Assembly (NCBI GenBank): GCA_963752285.1
Contig: CAVVXN010000001.1
Span: 32,001 to 96,000, forward strand
Length of the DNA stretch: 64,000 bases
DNA from: an uncultured Planctomycetota bacterium
GTDB lineage: Bacteria > Planctomycetota > PLA2 > JAEUHO01
Direction of reading: 5' to 3'
The position numbers were made by a program, and so were the translations under genes. Each line of letters opens with the position of its first letter. Within the stretch, counting starts at the first letter, position 1. A model generated the notes under the pieces. That model saw only the letters and a list, made by a program, of their open reading frames with translations, was not told the DNA's origin and did not search any database. Positions 30,426 through 39,846 of the stretch are shown here, one piece after another.

Positions 30426-30914
30426 CTACTTGGGTCCTTCTCGACGCGCCAGCAGGTGCACTTTGATGACTCTGCCGGCCGCTCCTGCCGACTCCGAAGC
30501 CGACCCCTCGATCGTGCTGGTCGCACCGACATCGACCCACCCGTCCTTGTAGTCCGGTGCAGGATCGCGAGAAACCTTAAATCTCCACCCGCCGAGCCGG
30601 ATGGACTTCGTCCGCGCGCGCCAATACCAATCACCCACATGAGGCCCCAGGGAGAGGAACTCGTATCCCGTCCCATTCCATGCGCCACTATGCCCGGGAT
30701 CCGTCAGCTGCCGAATGGCGTGGAGAAGACCCTCGACTGGGAGAAACTCAACCGGAGAGGATGAGGCTGGAATCAAAGCATTGACTCTAGCAGGAGGGGC
30801 GCTCGGGGGAACTTCGACACAGGTCAGTCCGTGGCCCCGGCCAATCCAATACCCCACGCCCCCCGCCAATAGGACGGCCGTGGTAGCGAGGATCGCAAGC
30901 GCTCTCTGCATCAA
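30426..30914 (-). CDS. Putative immunity protein, family X
   Basis: 162 aa; roughly 77% identical (manual count) to 21583-22071. Confidence 0.75.
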   Translation of the reverse strand: MMQRALAILATTAVLLAGGVGYWIGRGHGLTCVEVPPSAPPARVNALIPASSSPVEFLPVEGLLHAIRQLTDPGHSGAWNGTGYEFLSLGPHVGDWYWRARTKSIRLGGWRFKVSRDPAPDYKDGWVDVGATSTIEGSASESAGAAGRVIKVHLLARREGPK

Positions 30915-32161
30915 TCGTCCCTCCTGCGCCTCTCGCGTGCCTCGTCGTCGCTTCCGGCCGTACCGACACGCTCATGGCGCCTCTTCTCGTCCTTTCTGCT
31001 CTCTTCCTTCCTCGAGTCGGCTCTGTTGGCGTCGCCGGCAGCTCCCAGTTGACTTGCGTCCTCGCCACTCGTGCCATCTTGTACGTATTCCTCGCCCACG
31101 TCCATCCCCATTGACTCAGCCAACCTTTCCTCGTCGACCACGTGCCCGTATTCGTGATCAAGCAACTTGTCGTCGCCCTCCGGATATAGGATGACAAGCC
31201 GGAGGAGCCTGGATCGCCACTGCATCTTGTGATAGCCAGGGCGATTGCAGGACTCGATCGACCACGTGTGCTCCCAGTCTGGCCACGTGAGCGCGTCGAC
31301 AAGCGCGCCCTCCTCTCCATCCGGATGTTGTGTCCCAATGGGATCGGCAGCGCTCTCAGGGATCGGCTCCTCGTCCGGGTGTTCATCGTTATAGTCATGG
31401 ATGGCCTCACGAGCATTCTCTCGATCCTGCTTAGGGTCACCGGTGCGTTCGTAAGAAATTCTCGTCACAGGTGCCAAGCCTGACGGGTCAGCCTTAACTG
31501 TTGGCGTAGAGGTCACGTATTCGATAAGATTGAAGCCTTCCGAGTATCCTGAAGGATCTCTTTGCACGAATCGGCCGGCGGAGGGGTCATATGTCCTCGC
31601 CCTATAAAAGTACAGCCCATCCTCGGCGTCGTACTCCCGCCCCGTGAACAGGTACGGGTTCCCGACCGGGCTCTGGGCGACGGCGGTCCCCTGCTGGTCG
31701 AGGACCCTCGGCTTCCCGTACACGTCGTACGTCACCCACTCGACGACGCTCCCGCCCGGCTCCGAGAGCTCCGTCACCGACCCCAGCGCCTGCTGGTGGT
31801 ACGTGAAGCGGAGCACCTCGGTCGTGTTCTGGTTCCCGTTGACGTCCGCCTGGTCGGCCCGGTCCATGACGCGCGGGCGGTCGATCCCGTCCTCGTAGAC
31901 GTAGCGGGCCTGCCAGACGTCCTGGCCGTCGTACTCCTCGACGACCTGCTGTGCGTCGAGCACATACCGGGTCGTCGCGCCGCCCGACACGGCCTTCTCG
32001 ACCCGCCGGCCCGGCGCATCCGTCGTGCTGCGGGTCGAGACTGTCCTGCGGGCGCGCGGCGCCGCCGTGCGTCCCGACCGCGGACCTGCCCCGAATTCGG
32101 CCATCGAGAGGATGCTATCGCCCCTCGGGTCGGTGCGCCAAGGTGACGCCGTGGAGGGCAT
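30911..32161 (-). CDS. Orphan Rhs core with family-X HExxH toxin tip
   Basis: Same length and architecture as 22068-23318; LLDHEYGH. Confidence 0.85.
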   Translation of the reverse strand: MPSTASPWRTDPRGDSILSMAEFGAGPRSGRTAAPRARRTVSTRSTTDAPGRRVEKAVSGGATTRYVLDAQQVVEEYDGQDVWQARYVYEDGIDRPRVMDRADQADVNGNQNTTEVLRFTYHQQALGSVTELSEPGGSVVEWVTYDVYGKPRVLDQQGTAVAQSPVGNPYLFTGREYDAEDGLYFYRARTYDPSAGRFVQRDPSGYSEGFNLIEYVTSTPTVKADPSGLAPVTRISYERTGDPKQDRENAREAIHDYNDEHPDEEPIPESAADPIGTQHPDGEEGALVDALTWPDWEHTWSIESCNRPGYHKMQWRSRLLRLVILYPEGDDKLLDHEYGHVVDEERLAESMGMDVGEEYVQDGTSGEDASQLGAAGDANRADSRKEESRKDEKRRHERVGTAGSDDEARERRRRDD

Positions 32162-32537
32162 GTGGATGCGACTTTATTGCGGGCCCGCTTGGGGCGGCTG
32201 TCGTCGAGCGGGCGGCGGTCGGGTGGAAGCGGTCCGAGTCTCTCCAGCCCCTGGCTGCCTCCGTTGACTGCGCGGTGGAGCCGCCCCGTCCCAAGTCCGC
32301 GCGCGACGCGGCATCCGAAGGTCGCCTGGGTACTCGGCCTTCCATCTTGCGGTCGGGTGCGTCGCGACTTGTGACGCCAGATGCTGACGCCCTTGGAGCA
32401 CAGTTGAGACGGTCTCCTGACCTTTCGTTGCCGCTCGTTGCGCTTTGTCAGGAACGGACGGCCTCGGCGCCGCGCTCGTATCGGGCGCCGCAACGTGGCA
32501 ACGACGCGCAGGTTGCGGCGAGGAGGCGCAACGAGGG
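32020..32537. repeat. Conserved cassette leader (copies ~23177-23692 and ~27926-28441; partial at 20414-20545 and 15232-15310)
   Basis: Near-identical ~520-bp blocks with a GAGACGGTCTC dyad and a GTTGCG-N9-CGCAAC hairpin next to att. Confidence 0.9.
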
Positions 32538-32613
<76 letters not shown>

Positions 32614-32800
32614 TCGAAATCGTCGGCCGCGGAGCCTAGACCTGCCCCCGGGTCGTGTCAAGGCGGGCCGGGCGCCTCGGCCCGATTGCACGGCGCCGAG
32701 GCGCACGGCGGGCCCGCCGGCCGCTTCCCACACGGTCGCACCTCGCGCCCGCGCCGTCGCCCGCGCACGGACGAGGCGGGCGGGCGAGTGCGTCGCGGGG

Positions 32801-33271
32801 TCAGGCGGAGCGGTCCCCGTGCACCAGGATCACCGGCAGGTTCTCCTTGCGCACCATCTCGGTCGCGACCGAGCCCATCAGGATCCGGCTGAGCCCCGTG
32901 CGACCGTGTGTCGCGAGCACGATCGTGTCGGCGCCGACGCGACGCGCGGTTTCCTCGATCGTATCGGGGACGCTCACCGCGTGGACCAGGTGGTACTCGG
33001 TCCGCACCCCGCGCGCCACCGCGGTCTCCGGCGGCAGTCGATGGAGCTGCTTCTTCACACGATCCTCGCCCGCCGCCCGCTCCTCCTCCGTCGGGACGTA
33101 GCCCTGGACGTACTGGTTGTAGAGCGGGTTCCCGACGAACGGCGGCTCGGCCACGTGCAGCAGGTGGACGGTACCCCCCGACCCGGTCAAGTGGTAGGCG
33201 ACGGGCACCGCGAGGTTGCCCACCTCCGAGAGATCCGTCGGACAGAGGACGGTGTGGAAGGGAACTCGCAT
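32801..33271 (-). CDS. Universal stress protein
   Basis: VLCPTDLS...HLLHV...ADTIVLATHGRTGL..ILMGSVA. Confidence 0.92.
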   Translation of the reverse strand: MRVPFHTVLCPTDLSEVGNLAVPVAYHLTGSGGTVHLLHVAEPPFVGNPLYNQYVQGYVPTEEERAAGEDRVKKQLHRLPPETAVARGVRTEYHLVHAVSVPDTIEETARRVGADTIVLATHGRTGLSRILMGSVATEMVRKENLPVILVHGDRSA

Positions 33272-33298
33272 CGGCGTCTCCTCGAGTCCCGGTCGAGA

Positions 33299-33835
33299 TC
33301 AGGCCCCCAGCGCGTCGAGGATCTCCATCGCGCTGATGAGACCCACATTGCGCCCGTTCTCCTGGACGAGCACGCGGTGGATCCGGTGCTCCGCCATCAC
33401 CCCAGCGATCTCCTTCAGGCCGGCGTCGGCGGAGACACTGAAGATCTGACCGGTCATCACGTCCTCGGCCGTGTCCTCCGACTCGTCGGGGACATCGAAC
33501 GAATCGAAGTCCTCCTCGAGCATCTCCTCGGAGGACAGGTGGTAGAAGCCGTGACCCCGACGCGGCCGCGAGTCCGGGTCCTCGGCGTACCGCTCGATGA
33601 GGTCGCGGACGGAGACGATACCGATGATGCGCCCTGCCTCGTCGGTCACGGGAGCGCCGCTGATGCGGTTGTCGCTCAGGATCCTCTCGACCTCGCTCAG
33701 GGGCGTCGCGTACGGGACCGTGATGACCTCGGTGCGCATGATGTCGCGCGCCGTGACCAGCCCCCAGCGCTCGACCACCGCCTTCGGGGTCGGCCAGGGC
33801 TGGGCAGCGGGCTCGTGCACGGGTTTCGGTGTCAT
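33299..33835 (-). CDS. CBS-domain protein
   Basis: ARDIM...ISGAPVTDEAGRIIGIVS...AEDVMT...IHRVLV. Confidence 0.9.
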   Translation of the reverse strand: MTPKPVHEPAAQPWPTPKAVVERWGLVTARDIMRTEVITVPYATPLSEVERILSDNRISGAPVTDEAGRIIGIVSVRDLIERYAEDPDSRPRRGHGFYHLSSEEMLEEDFDSFDVPDESEDTAEDVMTGQIFSVSADAGLKEIAGVMAEHRIHRVLVQENGRNVGLISAMEILDALGA

Positions 33836-33961
33836 GGTGGCCTCCGCGTTCACGTGGAGTATCCGCTGGAAAGGGGCCGGCGACAACGCCCGCTGCGGCG
33901 TGACGTGCGCGCAGGGGTCCCGGATGCGGGCCGGGCGTATCCTGGACCGCGCGCGCGCCGA

Positions 33962-35251
33962 TCAGCGCGCGAGGCGGATCCCCGTGAACTGCCACCGCGT
34001 TCCGGCGGGAAAGAAGTTCCGATAGGTCCGCCGGACATGCCCCCGCGGCGTGACGCACGAGCCGCCGCGCAGCACGTACTGGTCGCACATGAACTTGCCG
34101 TTGTACTCGCCGAGCGCCCCGGGCGGGACGCGGTACCCGGGATACGGGGCGTACGCGCTGCGCGTCCACTCCCACGCGTCTCCGAACATCTGAGCCGGAA
34201 GGCCGGGTGTCCCGATCGCGGCGCCGCGCGGATGGAGCACGTCGTCCTGGAGGAAGGTCCCGTCTTCGGGCACGTGCGCCGCGGCGACCTCCCACTCCGC
34301 CTCCGTCGGAAGACGCGCGCCGGCCCACGTCGCGTACGCGTCCGCCTCGAAGAGGCTCACGTGGCACACGGGCCGGTCGGGGTCGAGCGGCTCGAGGCCT
34401 CGAAGCGTGTACTCGTGCCAGCGGCCGTCCGCCTCGACCCAGTAGTCCGGCGCGACGCGCGACGCGCGGACCGTCTCGGCCCAGCCCTCCGAGAGCCAGA
34501 GGCGAGGACGCCGGTACCCGGCGTCCTCCATGAACGCGAGGTACTCACCGTTCGTGACGAGACGGTCGGCGATCTCGAATCCTTCGAGATGCACACGATG
34601 GCGGGGACCCTCGTTGTCGAACGCGAATCCCCGCGACGGATCGTGTCCGATCCAGCGCAAGCCTTCCTCGTGCGCGACCCAGGCCATGGACCGCGCGGGC
34701 GCCGATTCGGGGGCGCGCCCCGCGCGGTACGCGGGATGGATCGGGTTCTGGGCGAGCACGTGCTTGATGTCGGTGAGCACGAGTTCCTGGTGCTGCTCCT
34801 CGTGGTTCAGCCCGAGCTCCACGACGTCCCGCAGCGCGGCCGCGCGCGGCCCCCCCTCCGCGAGGAGCGCCCGCATTCGCTCGTCCACGGCGCGCCGGTA
34901 CCCGCGGACCTCATCGACGGTGGGACGCGAGAGGAGGCCGCGGCGCGGCCGCGGGAACTGCCGGCCGACCGCGTCGTAATACGAGTTGAACATGTACTCG
35001 TACGCCGGGTCGAAGGGCGCCCGGTCCGGCTCCGCGACGCGGAGTACGAAGGTCTCGAAGAACCACGTCGTGTGCGCGAGGTGCCACCGTGTGGGGCTCA
35101 CGTCGGGCATCGACTGGATCACCATGTCCTCGACGGCCAGGGGCACGACGAGGCGTTCGGTCTGGGCGCGCACCGCGTCGTAGCGGTCCGCGAGCGGCGC
35201 CGCGCGTGCGTCGGCGCGATCCGCGGCGGCGAGATGGGTCTCCCTCGTCAT
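33962..35251 (-). CDS. egtB: Ergothioneine biosynthesis sulfoxide synthase EgtB
   Basis: QSMPDVSPTRWHLAHTTWFFETF, HEEQHQE, FDNEGPRH, EYNGKFM, YRNFF..RWQFTGIRLA. Confidence 0.93.
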   Translation of the reverse strand: MTRETHLAAADRADARAAPLADRYDAVRAQTERLVVPLAVEDMVIQSMPDVSPTRWHLAHTTWFFETFVLRVAEPDRAPFDPAYEYMFNSYYDAVGRQFPRPRRGLLSRPTVDEVRGYRRAVDERMRALLAEGGPRAAALRDVVELGLNHEEQHQELVLTDIKHVLAQNPIHPAYRAGRAPESAPARSMAWVAHEEGLRWIGHDPSRGFAFDNEGPRHRVHLEGFEIADRLVTNGEYLAFMEDAGYRRPRLWLSEGWAETVRASRVAPDYWVEADGRWHEYTLRGLEPLDPDRPVCHVSLFEADAYATWAGARLPTEAEWEVAAAHVPEDGTFLQDDVLHPRGAAIGTPGLPAQMFGDAWEWTRSAYAPYPGYRVPPGALGEYNGKFMCDQYVLRGGSCVTPRGHVRRTYRNFFPAGTRWQFTGIRLAR

Positions 35252-35325
35252 GCGTCGTTCCGATCCGGACGGAGCATTGTGGACGACGGTGGAGGATCGA
35301 TCAAATCCGTCCTCCCGGCGCTCGG

Positions 35326-35682
35326 TCAGAGCGAGATCACCTTGTCCGCCTTCACCTGTGCAGCCTGGATGTCGCTCATGCCGCCGACGATCCCCACCCG
35401 GACGCGGTCCGCGAGCTGGAAGTAGTTCAGGCACGTGCTGCAGACGATGAGGTGGACACCCTTCTCCTCGAGCGTCTTCAAGAGGTCGAGGACCGGCGAG
35501 CCCTCGGCGACGAGTCGAACGCCCTGGGTGTAGAAGGCGATCGCGCCCGGGAGGTGGCCGTTCTCGAGCAGCAGGGTGAGCCAGGTCCGGAGGAGCTTGT
35601 GGGCGAGATCCGGCTCCGCGTCGCCCATGCCGTTCCGGGTGATCTGGACCAGGGTGCCGGCACCGTCGGGCATGGCCGTCAT
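35326..35682 (-). CDS. DsrE-family (YedF-like) sulfur/selenium relay protein
   Basis: GMG....L..KLL...P..I.FY..GV.L..EGS.VL..L..LE..GV....C.TCL. Confidence 0.8.
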   Translation of the reverse strand: MTAMPDGAGTLVQITRNGMGDAEPDLAHKLLRTWLTLLLENGHLPGAIAFYTQGVRLVAEGSPVLDLLKTLEEKGVHLIVCSTCLNYFQLADRVRVGIVGGMSDIQAAQVKADKVISL

Positions 35683-35815
35683 CTCGATCCCTCCGCAAAT
35701 CGTCTCGAAAGGATACGGCGGCCGCGGGCCGAGGACCCGCGGCCGGCTCGCGAGCGATCCCGGCCGGGGCCGCCGAGGCGCTCGGCCCCTCCCCCGAGGG
35801 CGATACTCCCCCCGC

Positions 35816-37507
35816 GTGGGCCTCGAGAAGTACGAGCTCCTGGAGCAGCTGCTCGTCGCGGGACCGAGCACGTTCTTCCGTGGGCGGAGCAAGGTCCTCG
35901 GGAACGATCTCCTCATCCGCCGGCTCGAGATCGACCCCACGCGCGCCGACGACGTCCACGAGACGTTCTACCGGGAGCAGCGCCACGGCGCGGGCATCTC
36001 GCATCCGCACGTGCAGCGCGCGCTCGACGTCCTCGAGGCCGACGGCTACCTGTGGTCGATCCACGAGTACCGACCGATCACCTCCACGCGCGAGGTGGTC
36101 GAGAAGGACGGGCCCCTCGGCGTGGCCCGCGCTGCGCGCCTCGGCGCGCAGGTGGCCGACGCCCTCGACGCGATGCACGCCCGGGGCTTCGTGCACGGCC
36201 GCGTCACGCCGCGGAACGTCCTCGAGGACGACCGCGGCGAGGCGATGCTCATCAACCTCGTCAAGAGCGCCGACCTCGCGGCAGGGATCTGGCCCCTGCG
36301 CCCCGCCGTGCTCGGCCTCTCTCCCTTCTCCGCGCCCGAGGAGTTCAGGCTCGAGCGCCCGACGCCCCAGGCCGACGTCTACGGCCTCGCCGCGACGGCC
36401 GTGTGGTGGCTCACGAAGCGGTGGCCGCGCGGCGGAGAGGACGAGGAGGAGGCGCACGCCCTCGCCGCGGCCGGCGCGCCGGCGATCGACATCCGCGCGC
36501 TGCGGCCCGAGGTGCCGCCGGCCCTCGCCAACGCGCTCCTGGCGGCCCTGGAGCCCGATCCGGCGGAGCGACACGGCAGCGCCGCGGCGCTCGGCTCACG
36601 GCTGGTCGAAACCTGGCAACGCCTCGCGGCCGAGATCCCTTCCGGATTCCACGCAGGCGCGACGCTCGCCCCGAGCGGCGCGGCCGGTCCCGTCCGCATC
36701 GAGGGGCGCCACGGGTCGGGCGCGTTCGGCGTCGTCCTCCGCGCGCGGAGCCACGAGAGCGCACGCCTCCTCGCGGTGAAGGCCCTGAAGCCCGAGCACC
36801 GCGGCGACCAGGACGCGCACGAGCGCTTCCTTCGCGAGGCGCGAGCGATGCAGGCCATCGACCACCCGAACGTCGTGCGGATCCGCGGCGTGGGCGAGGA
36901 GCACGGAACGCCCTACGCGGTGATGGACTTCATCCCGGGTCCCGACCTCGGCTCCCTGCTGCTGAAGGAGGGTCGCTTCCCGCCGCTGCGCGCCGCGCGC
37001 CTCGCGGCGGGGATCGCGCACGGTCTCGAGGCGATCCACCGCGAGGGGATCATCCACCGCGACCTGAAACCCCACAACGTGCTCGTCGCGCCCGGCGATC
37101 GGCCCGTGATCGCCGACTTCGGCGTGGCGCGCGAGATCGCCGCGCCCCGCCTCACCATGACCGGCGGCCTCCTCGGCACGCCCGCGTACATGGCACCCGA
37201 GCAGATCGAGAACGGCCCGTCCACGCCCGCGATGGACCTCTACGCACTGGGCGCGATGCTGTACGAGATGCTCTCGGGCTCGGTGCCGTTCCCCACGCGC
37301 GACCCCCTCGAGGCGATCCGCCTCACGCTCCACGGGACGCCTCCTCCCCTCCCGCCGGACGTCCCGCCCGCCCTCGCGGGGGCGACGCTACGCCTCCTCG
37401 AGAAGGACCCCGCCGACCGGCCCGTCTCGGCGGGAGTCGCAGCCGAGATGATCGAGCGCGCCGCCGGCCTCCTCCAGGAAGCCTCCGCACCGACCGCGTC
37501 GGCGTGA
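35816..37507 (+). CDS. Tandem Ser/Thr kinase (N-terminal pseudokinase plus active-type kinase)
   Basis: Second domain has GSGAFG, AVK, HRDLKPHN, DFG, YMAPE; first domain has HGRVTPRN and INL. Confidence 0.9.
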   Translation: MGLEKYELLEQLLVAGPSTFFRGRSKVLGNDLLIRRLEIDPTRADDVHETFYREQRHGAGISHPHVQRALDVLEADGYLWSIHEYRPITSTREVVEKDGPLGVARAARLGAQVADALDAMHARGFVHGRVTPRNVLEDDRGEAMLINLVKSADLAAGIWPLRPAVLGLSPFSAPEEFRLERPTPQADVYGLAATAVWWLTKRWPRGGEDEEEAHALAAAGAPAIDIRALRPEVPPALANALLAALEPDPAERHGSAAALGSRLVETWQRLAAEIPSGFHAGATLAPSGAAGPVRIEGRHGSGAFGVVLRARSHESARLLAVKALKPEHRGDQDAHERFLREARAMQAIDHPNVVRIRGVGEEHGTPYAVMDFIPGPDLGSLLLKEGRFPPLRAARLAAGIAHGLEAIHREGIIHRDLKPHNVLVAPGDRPVIADFGVAREIAAPRLTMTGGLLGTPAYMAPEQIENGPSTPAMDLYALGAMLYEMLSGSVPFPTRDPLEAIRLTLHGTPPPLPPDVPPALAGATLRLLEKDPADRPVSAGVAAEMIERAAGLLQEASAPTASA

Positions 37508-37617
37508 GCACCGCCCGCGCGCGTCCGGGAGCCGGTACGCCGTGACGTTGGGGGCCGCTGTTCGCGACGTCGGGCCGTCCCCACGGCGCGGTGGCGAGCC
37601 CGACCGGGACCGCGCGC

Positions 37618-38457
37618 TCAGGTGCGCCGACGGCGGACCCGGCCGAGGTCCGACCCGATCGGCTGGGGCAACGTCCAGCCGCCGTCCGCCACCCACACGC
37701 TGCCCGTGATCCACGGCGCGAGGGGGCTCGCGAGGAAGCAGACGAGCTCCGCGACCTCCTCGGCCGTGCCGAAGCGCCCCATCGGGATCTCGCTCCTCAC
37801 CCGCGCCTCGATCTCGGGCGTCGGCCAGAGCCGCTCGGCGGCGCCCCGGCTCGTGAACGGTCCCGGCGAGACCGCGTTCACGCGAATCCCGAGCGGCGCC
37901 CACTCCGCGGCCAGCGACCGCGTCATCGCCTCGACGCCCGCCTTCGCGCACGCGGAGTGCACCACGCCGGGCTTCCCGGTCGTGGCGTAGGGCGCGCTCA
38001 CGTTCACGATCGCGCCCCCGCGGTGCCGCATGAGACGACCGGCCTCGCGCGAGACGAAGAACACGCCCGAGAGCGCGATGTCCACGACGGCCTGGAAACC
38101 CTTCGGCGGGAGCTCGAGCGCCGGCGCGATGAAGTTCCCCGCCGCATTGTTGACGACGACGTCCACGCCGCCGAACCGCTTCGCCGCGGCACGCACCACC
38201 CGGCGCACGGCCGGCGCGTCCCGCACGTCGAGCGCCTGGCTGAGGACCTCGAAGCCCTCCGCCTCCGCCGCGGCGAGGAGCCCATCGTGGTGCGCGAGGT
38301 CCCGGCTCGCGCAGACGACGCTGGCGCCGAGTCGCCCGAGCCGGAGCGAGACCTCGAGGCCGAGGCCCGTGCCCCCGCCCGTGACGAACGCCGTCTTCCC
38401 CGCGAAGCACCCCGCGGGGAGGAAGGGGGCCGGGATGGGGCTCGGCGGGATCGTCAC
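37618..38457 (-). CDS. SDR oxidoreductase (2,4-dienoyl-CoA reductase-like)
   Basis: TGGGTGLG, NNAAGNF, HSACAKAGV. Confidence 0.88.
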   Translation of the reverse strand: MTIPPSPIPAPFLPAGCFAGKTAFVTGGGTGLGLEVSLRLGRLGASVVCASRDLAHHDGLLAAAEAEGFEVLSQALDVRDAPAVRRVVRAAAKRFGGVDVVVNNAAGNFIAPALELPPKGFQAVVDIALSGVFFVSREAGRLMRHRGGAIVNVSAPYATTGKPGVVHSACAKAGVEAMTRSLAAEWAPLGIRVNAVSPGPFTSRGAAERLWPTPEIEARVRSEIPMGRFGTAEEVAELVCFLASPLAPWITGSVWVADGGWTLPQPIGSDLGRVRRRRT

Positions 38458-38834
38458 GCCGGCCACGTGGTGGCGATCCGCTCGGTGTCGAGGTAGTCCG
38501 CGATGCGCGTCACGTGCTCCCCTTCGAGCCGGAACACGGAACAACCCCGGTTCTCGTAGCGTACGCCGTCCCGCGTCGTCCCGACGTTCGTCCACTCTGC
38601 GATCGCGCGGTCGTCCACCACGCCCGCCCAGCGGACCTCGAATCGGAGGCCGTGTCGAAACAGCCGCTGGTTCTGGCGGAGGAAGACGAGCACCCGTCGG
38701 CGTCCCTCGACGACGCCGCCGAAGCGGGCCCCCGGGAACTCCAGGACCACGTCGGGCGCGAGGACCGCCGCCAGGTCGTCGATCCGACCTTCGGAGAGGG
38801 CGTGGAAGAACGACCGGACGCCGTCGGGGCTCAT
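38454..38834 (-). CDS. SnoaL/NTF2-like protein
   Basis: VR.FF.AL..G..D.L...LAPDV...YENRGCSVFRL.G..V..I.DYLDT. Confidence 0.8.
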   Translation of the reverse strand: MSPDGVRSFFHALSEGRIDDLAAVLAPDVVLEFPGARFGGVVEGRRRVLVFLRQNQRLFRHGLRFEVRWAGVVDDRAIAEWTNVGTTRDGVRYENRGCSVFRLEGEHVTRIADYLDTERIATTWPA

Positions 38835-38918
38835 GGGCCGCGGAGGGTACCCCCCCCGCGCCCCGCGCCACAACCCCGACGGCGCTCCCCGGAGGCGTTC
38901 GAGGGGCGAGTTCGAGCG

Positions 38919-39842
38919 TCAGGGCAGCGGCGTCACGCGCGCGTTCGTGAGGACGAGGATCCGCACGCCCTCGTGGCGGAGGACCTGACCCCGCTGGTCG
39001 GAGACGAAGTCGACGTCGCCGCGGGCCGTCACCTGGACGTCGTCCTCGCCCTCGGGCCGGACGACCCACGTGACCTGCTCGCCCTCGAGCGTCAGCTCGC
39101 GACAGAGGAGCCGCGCGCGGCCCGTCGCGACGCGCCGGCCGGGGGTCGTGTCCGCCACGGCGTCCCCGGAGAGCAGGACCTCGTGCGCGTACGCGAGGGG
39201 GCAGTAGAAGACGACCTTCGCCGCGCGGATCCGTGTGGGGTTCTCGAGGTAGCGCGCGCGCTCGATGTCGGCGAGGGGACGGTCGGGCTTCGCGCCGGGT
39301 CGGGGCGGCGCCGCCGCGGAGCGTCGGGGGAGCAGCGCGAACGGGGCGCGGGCCCCCGAGGCGCCCCGGTCGGCGGGAGCCGCCGCGACGACGGAGGGCG
39401 GACGGGCGGGCGCCGCGCCCGCGGCCGCCGGGGAAGCCGGCCCCGGGACGGCGCCCGGGACGGCGCCCGGGACGGCGCCCGGGACGGCGCCCGGGACGGC
39501 GCCCGGGACGGCGCCCGGGACGGCGGCGGGCGCGGTCCGGAGTGTCCCTCGCGGCGCGGCGCCTCCCGACACGACTTCCGGCGGCGCCTCGGGGGAGGCC
39601 GCGCCGCGCGTGGCGGGCGGCGCGCCCGTCGGCGCCGCGCGGGGGTCCACGGCCGCGACCGGGAACACGCGCTCGTCGCCGATCGTACCGTCCGAGACCT
39701 CGCGCCAGGGACCGCCCTCGTCCACGAGGAGCCACGCGTCGTCCGTCGGGTCGCCCCTCGGCGCCGCGCCGCCCGGCGCACGGCATGCACCCAGGGCCGC
39801 GCCGAGGGCCAAGGCCGCGAGCGCGAGGAACCGGGTCGTCAT
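38919..39842 (-). CDS. Lipoprotein with AVPG repeats and an OstA/LptA-like C-terminus
   Basis: Lipobox LGAC; C-terminal beta-jellyroll-like motifs (ATGRA, VTARGDV). Confidence 0.6.
   Translation of the reverse strand: MTTRFLALAALALGAALGACRAPGGAAPRGDPTDDAWLLVDEGGPWREVSDGTIGDERVFPVAAVDPRAAPTGAPPATRGAASPEAPPEVVSGGAAPRGTLRTAPAAVPGAVPGAVPGAVPGAVPGAVPGAVPGPASPAAAGAAPARPPSVVAAAPADRGASGARAPFALLPRRSAAAPPRPGAKPDRPLADIERARYLENPTRIRAAKVVFYCPLAYAHEVLLSGDAVADTTPGRRVATGRARLLCRELTLEGEQVTWVVRPEGEDDVQVTARGDVDFVSDQRGQVLRHEGVRILVLTNARVTPLP
39442..39525. repeat. 12-bp tandem repeat x7 (encodes AVPG)
   Basis: CCCGGGACGGCG x7. Confidence 0.95.
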
Positions 39843-39846
39843 CGGC

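Noticed and set aside
21583..31480. Diversity-generating retroelement behind the X/X' variation
   Set aside because: No reverse transcriptase; differences are not adenine-specific and many are synonymous.
15232..32537. Classical integron
   Set aside because: No intI and no recognisable attC structure; the boundaries are tRNA-derived, so the similarity is only an analogy.
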